Below are positions 50,947-64,000 of a stretch of DNA of 64,000 nucleotides, one piece after another; positions within the stretch are counted from its first letter, which is position 1; every line of letters starts with the position of its first letter. Below the pieces are notes generated by a model. That model was not told where the DNA came from. It saw only the letters and a program-made list of their open reading frames with translations, and ran no database searches. This stretch comes from Octopus vulgaris (Eukaryota). The position numbers and the translations under genes are program-made. The DNA lies in the NCBI GenBank assembly GCA_951406725.2, contig OX597819.1, forward strand, positions 111,972,001-112,036,000. Direction: 5' to 3'.

Positions 50947-51420
50947 GTGTGTGTGAGTGTTTGTGTGTGAGTGTTTGTGTGTGAGTGTTTGTGTTCCGTT
51001 GTCTTGACTTCACATGATGTGTGTAAATGAGTGCCACCGTCATACAAGCAGTGTTGTTCATTTCCAATATTCTTCAAGAACATGTCTGGCCATGGGAGAA
51101 ATATTACTTTGTTTGGAAACAAGTTAGAGTTGGCAACAGAAAGGGCATCCAGCCACAGACAATCTACCTCAAATAAACCCTGTGCAAACCCATGCAAGCA
51201 TGGAAAAGTAGATGTAAACAATGATGATGAATGACAACAATGACTCTGTGTGTGTACGTGTGTGTGTGTGTGCATTTGCATACATATATACTGTGACTGG
51301 TTGACCATTGGTCAGTAAACAGAACTAAATAGTAATAAAAGAGTTAAATGACATAGTTTTATGGTACTTAAGAAATACAAGTGTTACATAAGCTTCATTG
51401 CAATTCCACAGTTTAAACTC

Positions 51421-51547
51421 TCAGAGAGGACAAGAATTTTCTAGTTGTAGCTGTAATCCATGTCGGCGGGTGTCTTCAGTTTCCAAGTATGGTGCACCAG
51501 CATAGCAACAGTCTGATTGTTTAACATGCTGGAAGGATCTGTTATGG
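51421..51547 (-). other. Candidate alternative terminal coding exon
   Basis: High-complexity island after TTTTTTTAG| (or AACAG| 9 nt further on); phase-2 frame is HNRSFQHVKQSDCCYAGAPYLETEDTRRHGLQLQLENSCPL*. Confidence 0.3.
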
Positions 51548-53544
51548 CTAAAAAAATTTTTTATTTGAAATGTGTCCATTAAACATGCTTTATCTGTCAT
51601 GTATGAAGTTGAAGTTACTGCCACTATAAGATGAAGGCCATATATCAACAGAGCCAAGAAACAGCAATTTTTAACAGCAGTCAAAACACACAGGCAAATT
51701 AAAAAAAACAACTCTCAAATACTTAAATGTTAGAGCAAATTTCTGTGAGAGGTGTCTACTTTTTGACAAGTGCCTGCTCACCCAGTAGAAAATTCCATCC
51801 AAACCAGGCTAGCATTTAGTTCGATTTTTACTCAATATCTTTTATACATTCCACTTATACAGACACTTACATTACACATGTATATTTTATAAGCATGGTA
51901 TTACATATAAAGCATATTTGACACTTCAACAATTTTTCAGACAGGCCATCACAAATTCTCCATCATATAAATTTATATTTCCTACAAAACTGATACACAT
52001 AAAATTGGTTCTTCAACAGGAGTGATTTTAAAGCCAGATAGCTCATCACATTAGACAACCTTTCACATATTTCTGATAATACTTTGTTACTAAAATATAC
52101 ATTTGGTCAAAAGGGCATAATCTGAGTAACAAAAAGAAAAAAAAAAAAAAGGTTTGGGCCTTCCACCAAAATCATCGGGTAACATATACTCTTATGTGAA
52201 TAACTATTTTGATTTTGTCTGAAGATGAAAAGTGTTCTCTCTGAGAGTTTAAACTCTAGGCTCAGCATGAAACTTAAGTAACAATTGCTTTTAAGTACTG
52301 TATAAAGATCAGATCGATAGACAAGTAGACAAGATATATATATATATATATATACATACACACAGACATTTATTTACATACATAAATGTGTATATATGTG
52401 TGAGTGCTTGCATGGATGTGTGTGTGTTGTGTATAATCTACATTTACAAATATAAACATGTATATACATAATAGCATAACTACAAAAAGAGAAAGATAGA
52501 GATGGAAGGGAAGAATTGCAAAGGAACTGAGTCAGTGGCCAGGCTGTACTTGTGCAAAAGAAATTTTGACAGCTCAAGAAATAAATTAAAAGTGAATTTA
52601 GCAGTTTTTCCATGTATTTCGGATGGTAAACAGGCCTCCTCCATTCATTTTTGACAGTTGAACTTGAAAATTTCTACATTCTTATGATGATAACAAATAT
52701 ACAAACATATGTGTGTGTGTGTGAATTTATTATTCTTATTCAAGAATATTGTTGACAGTAAATTAGCTAGCCGAAACTTCAAAGCCACTATCAACAAGAT
52801 TCTTGTTTACAAATAATAAATTTGTACTCTACAAAAGTATAGAGTAACCCATCAGATTATTGTAAAATTAGTTTTTATTATAACTGAACATAAAAACAAA
52901 TAATGTGTGTGTGTGTGTATCAACATTATCAATTTAATGTCCATTTTTCCGATGCTTGCATAGGTTGGATGGAGTTTATTAGGAGAGATTTTTCTATAAC
53001 CAGATGTCCTTCCTGTGACCAGCCCTCACCTGTTACCATCCATACATATATATATATACATGTATAAAGCAAAAAAGCAGTGGCTGATGTACACAACTGA
53101 AGGAAACAAAATACAAGTGGAAGGAAGAGAAAGGAGAGAGAGAGTATTAAGAGAAGAAGAGTGAGACATGGTGATAGATAGATAAGTGCAGTGAAAGATA
53201 TTGTCAACATTACTATTGTTATTTGCAACAGAAGAATGGACAGTGGTGGTGGTGGTGGGCACAGAATAAGGAAAACATCAAACAAAATTATTTGCAGAAT
53301 CTTATGATGAACCTTTTGTCCCGAGTTCAATCCTATCAAAGTTGACTTTGCTTTTCATTGTTCTGAGTGCCAGTTAAATACTTTTGACAACCATGTAAAC
53401 AAAGTGCTAATATCCTCACTATCATCATCATCATCATTATTATTATTAATATCAAGGCAGAATCATTGGTGTGCCGGTGAAAATGCTCAGTAGCATTTCT
53501 TCAGACTCTTTACATTCTGAGTTCAAATCCCGTTGAGGTCTCTC

Positions 53545-53942
53545 TTTCTCTTTTACTTGTTTCAGTCATTTGACTGCGGCCATGCTGGAGCACCGCCTTT
53601 AATCGAGCAACTCGACCCCGGGACTTATTCTTTGTAAGCCCAGTACTTATTCTATCGGTCTCTTTTTGCCGAACCGCTAAGTGACGGGGACGTAAACACA
53701 CCAGCATCGGTTGTCAAGCAATGCTAGGGGAACAAACACAGACACACAAACAAACACATATATATATATACATATATACGACAGGCTTCTTTCAGTTTCC
53801 GTCTACCAAATCCACTCACAAGGCATTGGTCGGCCCGGGGCTATAGCAGAAGACACTTGCCCAAGATGCCACGCAGTGGGACTGAACCCGGAACCATGTG
53901 GTTGGTTAGCAAGCTACTTACCACACAGCCACTCCTGCGCCT
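53545..53942 (-). mobile_element. Full-length, CpG-retaining family B SINE inserted within a degenerate family A SINE
   Basis: tRNA-like head GGCGCAGGAGTGGCTGTGTGGTAAG, B box GGGTTCAGTCCC, CORE-like CTTGGGCAAGT, tail GACTGAAACAAGTAAAAGAG; family A halves lie on both sides. Confidence 0.88.
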
Positions 53943-54180
53943 ATTATTCTACTTCGCCTTTTATTCTTTTAGGATCCATAAAATAAGTACCAGTTAAGCT
54001 TTGCGGTTGATGTAATTGACTTTGCCCTCCCCTCAAAGTACCTAGCCTTAAAATTCAAAACTATAATAATAATAATAATAATAATTATAATTCTTTCTAC
54101 TATAGGCACAAGGCCTGAAATTTTGGTGTAGGAAACTAGTCAAAATTTCAGGTCTTGTGCTTATAATAGAAAGGATGATG

Positions 54181-54212
<32 letters not shown>

Positions 54213-55294
54213 CATTAGTTTAGGTGGAAATAGTTAAATTATAAGGAAAGCAAAATAAGGAACAGGAAGTAGATGATATGGAAAAGATTTGAAGAAATTA
54301 ATAAGTGGATCAATGAGGTCATACTGTGGAAGGAAAGAATGTATTCAAAGATCGGGGTATGTATACGTACAAAAACAAGATGTTTATGAAAAATAAAACT
54401 TATCTTAGTTTGGTTTAATCTATTTAGTTAGCATAAGATGCAGGCATGGATGTATCGTTAATAAGTTTGCTTCATAATGATATGGATTTGGGTTCAACTC
54501 CACTGCATAGCACTGGGCAAATATCTTCTATAGACTCAGGTCGAACAATGCATTGTGAGTGATTTTAGCTGAGTATAGCTAAAATTATTGTGTGTGTGTG
54601 TGTGTGTGTGTTTATGTTTCTTCTCCCATTGCTAGACAATCTGTGTTGGTTTGTTTACATCCCTATAAGTTATCAGTTTGGCAAAAGAACCTGACAATAT
54701 AAGTACTTAAAAATAAGTAGTGGAGTCAATTATTTTGGTTTAAGAAAAAAAAGAAAGAAACCTAAGTGGTGCTGCAACATGGCCATGGTCCATTGACTGA
54801 AACAAGTAAAACAATCCTCCAGTTCAGCATCGATCTAATGTCCACTTTCCCATGCTTGTGGAAGACTATATAGTTTGAGGTACATTTTCTACAACTGGGT
54901 GCTCTCTCAGTCACTAACACTCGTTTCCAAAGGAGGTGATATATTTTTATAACTGGACATGTTTCCATGGAAGATTATAAATTAATGAAAACCACTTGTA
55001 TGATGGTGACATTTGTTTACAACTACCATGTGGAATCAAGACGAGGTGATACAAATATTCATGCACAAATACACAAACACACATATACATATATATCATC
55101 ATCATTGAGTTAATGCCCACTTTTCCATGCTTGCATGGATTGGCTGGAGTTTACTGAAGCAGACTTTTTTGACCAGATGCTCTTCCTGTGGCCTACCCTC
55201 ACCTATTCTCAGCAAGGTAATATTTTTCACACACACAGGGACACTAACACACAATCGGTATTCAAATTTGTGAGAGCTGTGTTAAATAATATAA

Positions 55295-55535
55295 AAAAGC
55301 GCCCTTTTATAGCCTGGCCAGGCTCATGGGCTCGGTTTCTCAGTTTCAATGGCATATGTGTTCCCCAGCTGAACGGGACACCAGTCCATCACAGCGTTAC
55401 TCATTTTTACCAACTGAGTGGCCTGGAGCAACATGATATGAAGTGTTTTGCTCAAGAACACGTGTTGCCCAGTCCAGGAATCGAAACCACAATCTTATGA
55501 TCATGATGCTGACACCCTAACCACTAAGCCACGCA
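55295..55535 (-). mobile_element. tRNA-derived SINE with family E head and family D-like 3' end
   Basis: CCCTAACCACTAAGCCAC head; AGCCTGGCCAGGCTCATGGGC and GGGACACCAGTCCATC match the reverse complement of the family D 3' half. Confidence 0.65.
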
Positions 55536-55889
55536 CATCAATGATAGCTGTGTTCGTAGAACTTTATTCAAAGTAGTCATAAAAGATAACATCATACTAT
55601 GCAACTCCACTATCATACAGTTCTACCAAAACAGTCGTTACAATTCTAAATGCCATTTACATGTCGCTATTTGATGCTTATGCCACACCAAGAATCCACC
55701 AACAGGTTAGATAATTGGTAACTAATTGGATTTGGAAGTTACATAACTACAGTATCCTGTCAGCATTTGATGCCTACAATGTTGTATTATTTGATTGTCA
55801 GCTCTATGTGATTATACAAAGCCAATTTCTGGCATCTTATATGTTGATGTGCCTTGATTCTTAATGAATCCTTATATCTGAAATATATA

Positions 55890-56034
55890 TGCGTTAGGAA
55901 GGGCATCCAGCTGTAGAAACTCTGCCAGATCAGATTTGAGCATGGTGCAGCCATCTGGTTCACCAGTCCTCAGTCAAATCATCCAACCCATGCTAACATG
56001 GAAAGCGGATGTTAAACGATGATGATGATGATGA

Positions 56035-56037
<3 letters not shown>
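55890..56037 (+). mobile_element. Family C LINE-tail repeat
   Basis: GCGTTAGGAAGGGCATCCAGCTGTAGAAAC...GTTAAACGATGATGATG; further minus-strand copies at 57345-57540 and 63496-63680. Confidence 0.8.
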
Positions 56038-56071
<34 letters not shown>

Positions 56072-59000
56072 ACAGGCTTCTTTAAGTTTGCATCTACCAA
56101 ATCCATTCACAAGGCTTTGGTCAGTCTAGGGATACCTAGAAGAAACTAGTCCAAGGTGCCATGCAGTGGGATTGAATACAAAACCACTTGGTTGTAAAGT
56201 AAACTTCTGTGTCAACTTCTTAGCCATACAACCATAAAAGAATTCGCTATGTAGAGTAATAAAAAGTAAAAGATTGAAATTCATTCAAGAAATTCTTTAA
56301 ATAATTTCTTCTGAACTGTGGATAGTTGATTTAGTGTTTAAGAAATAGAAGTGGAATAACTAATCCCCGTAGAGATATTTTTAAGAGATATTTAATGGGA
56401 AATGAACATGATTAAATGAATGCCATAAATTATTTAGTGTTTAGGTGAAAAACTAGAAGTGGTGAGGCTTAGTAGATGTCAAAAATGGGACAGAGAGAGA
56501 ATGTAGGTTAGTTGCATCGTTAATGAATGGATTATGAGGAATGAAGTAAATAAATACATAAATGAATAAATATCTGATCTGATATCTATTTTGGTCTTAC
56601 TTATGCTGGTGATTGATTGATTTTGTGAAATTGAGCACCTTAATTAATAATGACTGTGTAATAGACGAATCATGTTCTTTAATGTCAAAGTGTAAAAATA
56701 AAATTTGGAGCATCATCATTGTCATCATAATCATTGTGGCTGTCATCATCATCACTGTAAATATCATTGTTTTAACGTCCATCTTTCCATGCTTGCATGG
56801 GTCAGACAGAATTTATTGAAGCAGGTTTTCTATGGCCAAGATACCTTTCCTGTGGTTAACCTTCACTTAGTTCCAAGTAAGATAATATTTCTTCATGACC
56901 AGACATGTTTTAATGGAATACTGGAAACAAAACACACCACTTGCATGATGGTGGCACCTGATCACAACTATCATGTAATGTCAAGGTAAGGAGACAACAA
57001 CATACACACACACAGAATTGACATCATAAGAATTCTGAAACTTTTCAACCACAAATTCAACTATTAAAAGCAATTTATTTCATGTTCTTTCAAAGTTTCT
57101 ACATCTCTATTACATCAACAATATACAGCCCTCATTGGTAAGAATAAAATTTTTAAACAGGAAAGTGGAACTGGAAGGACTGTTTTGATCCAATGGTAGA
57201 ATATACCTGTCATGTTTACAGAAGATGTGGATTTGAGTTCCATGGCAGCCTTTGACTTTTTTGATCCAAAAGAGTATTTTTAACCCAATATTTACATGCT
57301 ATTATTTGTAGTATTTCTACTTTAAGCTCAAGCATAAAAAATCTTCATCATTATCGTTTAACGTCCGCTTTCCATGCTAGCATGGGTTGGACGATTTTGA
57401 CTGAGGGCTGGTGAACCAGATGGCTGCACCAGGCTCCAATCTTGATCTGGCAGAGTTTCTACAGTTGGATGCCTTTCCTAACACCAACCACTCCGAGAGT
57501 GTAGTGGGTGCTTTTTATGTGCCACCAGCACGGGGGCCAATGTAGTTGGAAAGAAAACTTCTTCACTTCACAGCCACAGCCACATCTATTCTGTGTTTAT
57601 TTGGGATTATTTTAAAGTATCCCATTACTTAAATTTTGGATGTCCTTACATGAAAGTAAGACTGTAAGAAAGTAAAACTCCTTGTTTTTAGGAATAATTT
57701 TATATAATAAATTTTTACTATTTACACCTATGTCAGGGAAATAAAAATGTACAGACCTATATAAAATGCTGTCTTGTAGCTATATTCCTCCTTATATGGG
57801 AAAAAGGTCAATAACCGGATAAGAATAAATTGAATTTAAATATGAATGTATGAAGAAGAATTGAAGAAACCATTAACTTCAGCTAATGGGTGGGTAATAT
57901 GAGCTATTTTTAGAACCAACAAAAGCTGGAAAAATACTATTCTCTAACTGAAGGGAAATAGTGATAAAATATGATTAACAGAAATTTTGTAGGCCGATGA
58001 ATTGTCAAGATATGAAAGAAATGGATGGTAAAAGGATGCACAATACAGCTAACTAAATTTAATTATACAATTTTGGGTTCATAAGAAAATAGAATGCAGT
58101 ACATAGAATATGTTTATTTTTAATAAACACAAAGATACAGGGGGGGGGGGGGGGCTCCAGAGGTTAAAATTTTGTGTCAATGTAATTATCAAACCTGTTA
58201 AGTGTATTGGCATGAAAATCCAAGTCCTTCAGTGACAGTATCTTCCTTAGCAAATATATACATGTTTATATGTAAGGTGGATGAGTGAGAAAGAGAGAGA
58301 ATACAAGTAGAAGCATTTGTTTTTGCCTGCCACCAGTTTTTGTGATGGTTTTTTTTCACAAATTTATGGAACCATATTTTTACAGAATAAGTTTTCTCCA
58401 TTCTATGCTTTATTTCTTTGGTCTTAGGCTGCAGGCAAAATGTTGATTTGGTTCATTGCATTCCTCTGGGAATTGCCTTCAGGAGAGAATATTCAAGGTA
58501 ACCATCATCATCGCTTTGTGAAACAAATAATCCTTTGTACTGAAGGAACAAGGCCTGAAATTTTTTTTTGGGGGGGGGATAAATCGATTACATCAACCCC
58601 AGTGCTATCAACCTTGAAAGGATGAAAGGCTAAGATGACTTCAGCGGAATCTGAACTCAGAATGTAACGACAGCTGAAATACTAAACATTTTACCTGGAA
58701 CGCTAATGATTCTGCCAGCTCACCACCTCAATTTTTATGAAACGAATAATGAATGATGCTAAATGATGAATGAAATTTGTTTTCTCTCTGCATGATTTTG
58801 ACTGGTCCATTTGTCATACTTTTTAGTAAGGAGAAATAAATTTATTCCTTGTTCGGTTGTCACAATAATTGAATTTAAGCTCATATTTAGTCTATTCTGT
58901 TTTTCTTTTCCAAATTAATAATACACACAGAAAAATTTGGTTTGCTTGTATATTTAGAGGTCATTAGAACTAGGGTGCTCAAAATAAAAAAAACAAATTG

Positions 59001-60936
59001 TCAAAATAACATGAATTCTTTTCACACACAGACTTCTTGTTTGCATTATGAAGGAACACATCAAGTTTGAAAATATTGGTTATATACCAGGCACCTTAAT
59101 ATACACTTTACAAACATATAGATATACATCAGCAGATCAGATAACTGCACCATTCCCCAATGTCAACTTTGTGCACACACACACACATGAAGGGAGAGGA
59201 GATGATGTTAGCAGTGTGATATTAGGAGAGGTAAATAAAAAATGTGAGAAGAATTGATGAGGACCAATCTTTGGATAGTGGATCACATGAAAGATCTGGA
59301 ATGAAGAGGCAGCTGTATTAGCACAAACTCACACAATCCACCTCATTTTGAAACAACCAATGAAAAATGACAACAATGATATTGTAAGACTCTGAGGCAA
59401 ATAATGTAGGGAAAAATGAAAGAAAAACAACTAATCAAAAGATTATTGAAGAAGTTTTATGAGAATACAGAGCACTTACTAAACTATGTGCTTGATAAAT
59501 GATGGTCAAAATCCTTAACAAAACGAGAATGAGCTTCACCCCACCCAGCCCTCTTTTTGCTAATTGCATTTGAATTTAGAATGTAAAAGATCATAATCAG
59601 TTATGGACAAAGTATCTGATATGTTGCTCTACAGAACTGCTATTCCAATGCTCTTAATCTTTTAACAGTTAAAGCAGACATATCCAGCCCAAACATTATA
59701 CCTGTTTTATGTTCAAACTAGCCAGATCTGGCCTCTCGTACCTATCCTACAATGTCATTCGAAAAATAAACAATCACATCAAAATCTCAAAGCTACGAGC
59801 TAAGTGATGATTAATTCAAAACAATGCGAATAAATATGTATTACATTTTACAAGGCAATTTGTATGGCAAAGGGTTCAACTTGTAATCCTCTTGTTTCAT
59901 GCTGTTACCACTTGAAGTAGATCACTGACCCCTTTAAGCTCATTCCACTTCCTTTCCATTGTCTCCATCTGTTATTTACTTCTTGCAAGAATCTTACACT
60001 TGATCATTAACTCCTTGGATACCAACTCACCTGAGAACACTATTGGTTCTATGATGCAAATTTCCAGTTTTAAAATGATACAAATTAAAATCTTCCATTT
60101 ACATTTTCATGGTAATTTATGTACCAGACACCAGATCAATAATGGCAAAGTGATTTTACTAAATTCTTCATTGTATTCCAAATTATTTGAAACAAGGACA
60201 GTATATTTTAACTGAAATATGTTAACAAAAGGGTTAATGGTAACGATCAGTCTTTGGCTGTTGTAGCTTCAAAAGTTCACCTGGGAAAATGCTTGAAAGG
60301 ATTAGGATGACTGCTAAATAAGACTAACTGGGAATGATTGAAGATTGAAGATTGGGGTTGGGAATGGGTGGGAGTTACTCCTAGAAGATGGCATTAATGA
60401 GAAGAGGTAACTGTAAGAGGGCATGAAAAGGAAGAAAGAAAAAAGTGGAGACTGATGTTACTCTTTGTTGTTAGAGGCTGAAAAGTGGGAGAGAGATACA
60501 AAGTGATGGATAAGGACATAGATGTTGGAATGGAGAGAAAAGAAGTGAAATTACCAAAAAGAAAATAAATTGCAAAAATAAAAAAAAATACCCTCGCCCA
60601 CCACCAAAAAATACGTCAATGAAAATAACTCCTTCTTCATCAACACATCCTATTCCACCCATCAATGTTGCTTCTATCACCCCCACAATAAATAGATAAT
60701 TAAATAAATAAATAAATAAATAAACCAGTAAATAAATAAATAAAAAAGATAAAATAAATAAACAACACAAATAAAGGTCAGGCCTTTTGCTGAGTTTGAG
60801 TGGTTTAGCCAAGAAACATTTGTAATTAGTGAAAATATTGTGTGCTGTATTTCACCCTTTGATGTCGTCTTCGGTACCTTGGTCCCTAATGACCAATAAA
60901 AGAAACCATCATTATCATCATCATCATCATTATTAA

Positions 60937-61155
60937 GGTAGTGAGCTGGCAGAGTTGTTAACATGCCAGGCAAAATGCTTTGTGGCATTTCCTACGTCTT
61001 TACATTCCGGGTTCAAATTCCACCAGGGTCATCTTTGCCTTTCATCCTTTCGGAGTCAATAAAATTAGTACCAGTTGAGTAATGGCACCGATGTAATTGA
61101 CTTGCTCCCTCCCACAAAATTGCTGGCCTTGTGCCAAAATAAAATTTTAAAACCA
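60937..61155 (+). mobile_element. Family A SINE, diverged
   Basis: GAGCTGGCAGA.T.GTTA...GGTTCAAATTC...GCCTTTCATCCTTTCGG. Confidence 0.75.
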
Positions 61156-62234
61156 TCATTATTATTATTATTTCATTTACACACCATAGGTAAATTCCTA
61201 ATTTGGGCTACAACAACCTTAGATGCCAAGAACACTCCTAAGTATCCTAGCTGTCCTTAATAATACTGTTTTCTGAAGCTGCGCTAAGCTAAGTTTTATG
61301 CCTATTTCCTATATTGATCCAATTATTATTATTAGTATTATTATTATCATTAATTATGAGGGTGCATAGCCTAGTGGTTAGAGTGTTGCACTAACAATCT
61401 AGAGATCATGATTTCAATTCCTAGACCAGGTGCTCTGTAGGTGTTCATGAGCAAAACACTTCATCTCATGTTGCTCTGCAACCACTTCGACACCTGACAC
61501 AAGGTACACCATGCACCTGTTCAGACAACATCAATTTGATGGAGGAAATGAGAGCTAATGTACATCACATACACATGATCACTATAACAAATCACTTGTG
61601 CAGGTCGTTCGGCAAAGGCTCATACATCATCTTCCATAAGAGAGTCCATCATCATTTATTATTATTATTATTATTATTATTATCATCATCATCAAGAAAT
61701 AAATAGAAGAGTGCCATAGTAATCATGTGAAATTGGTTGAACGATATTTCGGCATCTAGCATGCCTTCCACTTTTTTTGTTAAGATTATATAGGACTGAG
61801 GTAACTCCTCCAGAAGTTATAGAGAAATAAATAGAGGAGTGCCATAGTTATCATGTGAAATTACCATTATTATTATTTACTCTGCCATGCCTTGGGGATG
61901 GCAGGGGGTAATCCGGATGGTTATCTGGGATTTTTGTGTGGAGTTTATCCCGGATTACCCTAAGTGGACTGCCCAACTATTGGGGATTCTATTCATCTAT
62001 TTATTGTTTATTTCTCTACTTTCTATTATATATCCTCTGTTACATCCTTTAATGCAGCAGTAACACCCCTTGTTCGATGTTAACCCCAGGTTTTTGTAAT
62101 CTTTGTTTGTTGTGGGTTTTTTTTGTGTGCTGTAACTCGTCCTTCGATATTGTCCTCCATATCTTGGGCCCATGTGGCCACTAAAAGAAATCATTATTAT
62201 TATTGTTATTGTTATAAATATTATCATTATGTGA

Positions 62235-62492
62235 TGAAAATTCACAGCTTATTTTGCTGGGTATGATGGGAAGTGTCAGCTGTCCACAGCCAGCAGACTA
62301 AAGTAACACTTGTTTACTGGTCATGCTTCAAGAATCCTGCGAAGAATTCTTGCAGTTCTAAGCAATGCTGATTTTTGTATGTTTTCTACCTTCACACTTA
62401 CACCAATCTTTTTGAGCCATGTTGGTAGTTGGTGCACCAATTACTATTGTATCATTTTTACTCTCCTCCTTCGTATTTCTCACTTCAAATCA
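62235..62492 (-). mobile_element. 3' end of an R4/Dong-like non-LTR retrotransposon
   Basis: Minus strand gives TIVIGAP...WLKKIGVSVKVENIQKSALLRTARILRRILEA*, matching the IQKxALLGTARILR C-terminus of R4-clade elements; flanked by (TAA)n-type repeats. Confidence 0.7.
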
Positions 62493-62506
62493 TGATAGTT
62501 GTTTAT

Positions 62507-62706
62507 TTATTTATCATTGTTGTTATTATTATTATTATTGTCATTATTATTGTCATTATTATTATCATTATTATTATTGTCATTATTATTATCATTATTA
62601 TTATTGTCATTATTATTATCATTATAATTATCATTATTATTATTATTGTCATTATTGTAAATTATTATTATTATTATTATAATTATCGTTATTATTATTG
62701 TCATTA

Positions 62707-62740
<34 letters not shown>

Positions 62741-62965
62741 CATTATTATTATTGTAATTGTCATAATTATTATCATTATTATCATCATTATTATTATTAT
62801 CATTATTATTATTATCATTATTATTATCATTATTATCATTATCATTATTATTATTATCACTATTATTATCATCATTATTATTATTATTATCATCATTATT
62901 ATTATCATCATTATTATTATTACAATCAATATTATCATCATCATTATTATTATCATTTAATTATT
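62507..62965. repeat. Imperfect (ATT/ATC)n trinucleotide array, about 460 bp
   Basis: Seen directly. Confidence 0.95.
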
Positions 62966-64000
62966 ACAAAACAACACCAAAAAGTCTAGAGTGACATTTT
63001 AGAACAGAAAATTTTTAATACCTACACAAATGTTGACCCTCAACTAAGCAGTAATAAAACCAACATTAGATATCTACTCACATCCATGGCACTGTGCTGC
63101 TACTAAATACACTAACATCCCTAACCAATAATTCTCAAACTAAATAATACCAGCACACTGTACAATACTGGTCAAAGTTATTTCAAACTTAGTTGTTTTC
63201 AAAACAGGTATAAGGCAGCCAGAAATTTAGGGGGTGTTTGGTCAATTAATTTGATCCAGTACTTTACTGGTATTTAATTTTATCAACCCAGGAAGAATGA
63301 AAGGCAAACTAGGTGGGATTTGAACTCAGAACATAAAGAGCTGGAACAAATACAAGGCACTTGTCAGACACTCTAAGAATTCCTCAGCTTTATTAATGAG
63401 AAGACAGAATACAATTTGCTTTCATATAATTATTCTTTCGCTGTCATGATGTTGGACAAGTTTAAAAAGTTTTAAAAAAAATATCTAAATTACATTCATC
63501 ATCATCATCGTTTAACATCCGTTTTCCATGCTAGCATGGGTTGGACGGTTCGACCGGGATCTGGGAAGCCAGGAGGCTGCGCCAGGCTCCAGTCTGATCT
63601 GGCAGTGTTTCTACAGCTGGATGCCCTTCCTAACGCCAACCACTCCGTGAGTGTAGTGGGTGCTTTTTACATACCACCAAATGATAATTTGTCTGTCCCC
63701 TGTTCAATCCTCGCAGCATTGACTTCATGAGAAAAACTGTCCTCGGCCACATTGAAAATTAAGCCATTCTAATAATTAGCTAAAATTCATGCACCAACAC
63801 ACTACAGCCATTAAACAAACAGATAATCTGCATCTTCTATCTACTCTACTACACCTACAACAGATTCTGTTACTTCTGATCTTTAGCACCCAGATCTGCT
63901 CACTCCTACCCAGCTATCTTCCTCCTCCTCCGCCTGTTATCACTTCTTTAATTTGTCTCACCATCCAGGCTTCACATTAAACATTTCCTCTCCAGAATAA

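Noticed and set aside
58140-58154. Poly-G run as a functional G-quadruplex (also near 37894-37908)
   Set aside because: Simple homopolymer with no supporting context.
62419-62989. Ile/Tyr/His-rich ORFs
   Set aside because: Artefact of the (ATT/ATC)n array.

Overview
AT-rich, repeat-dense eukaryotic DNA. The SINE/LINE families and the short tandem C2H2 gene strongly suggest an octopus (coleoid cephalopod) genome; this is recognised from the sequence, not from a database search. The only clearly supported protein-coding region is a 7-finger C2H2 zinc-finger ORF (+, 7766-8503). Most of the rest is transposon-derived: at least five SINE/LINE-tail families, RTE, Penelope-like and R4/Dong-like retroelement fragments, a full-length but decayed DD37D (maT) Tc1/mariner element with TIRs and TA TSD, hAT/piggyBac/pogo/mariner MITEs, a probable solo LTR, and many micro- and minisatellites. 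The right half (about 32-60 kb) looks like the 3' part of a large minus-strand gene: strong splice acceptors, SINE-poor UTR-like blocks and several short candidate exons that all read in phase 2. The gene itself cannot be identified. Most interesting leads: the candidate alternative C-terminal/micro-exon set, hammerhead-like motifs, SINE tandem arrays that share one fixed junction, and a both-strand-open Pro/Thr repeat. No prokaryotic system (CRISPR, operon) is present, and none of the leads is demonstrated to be a new system.
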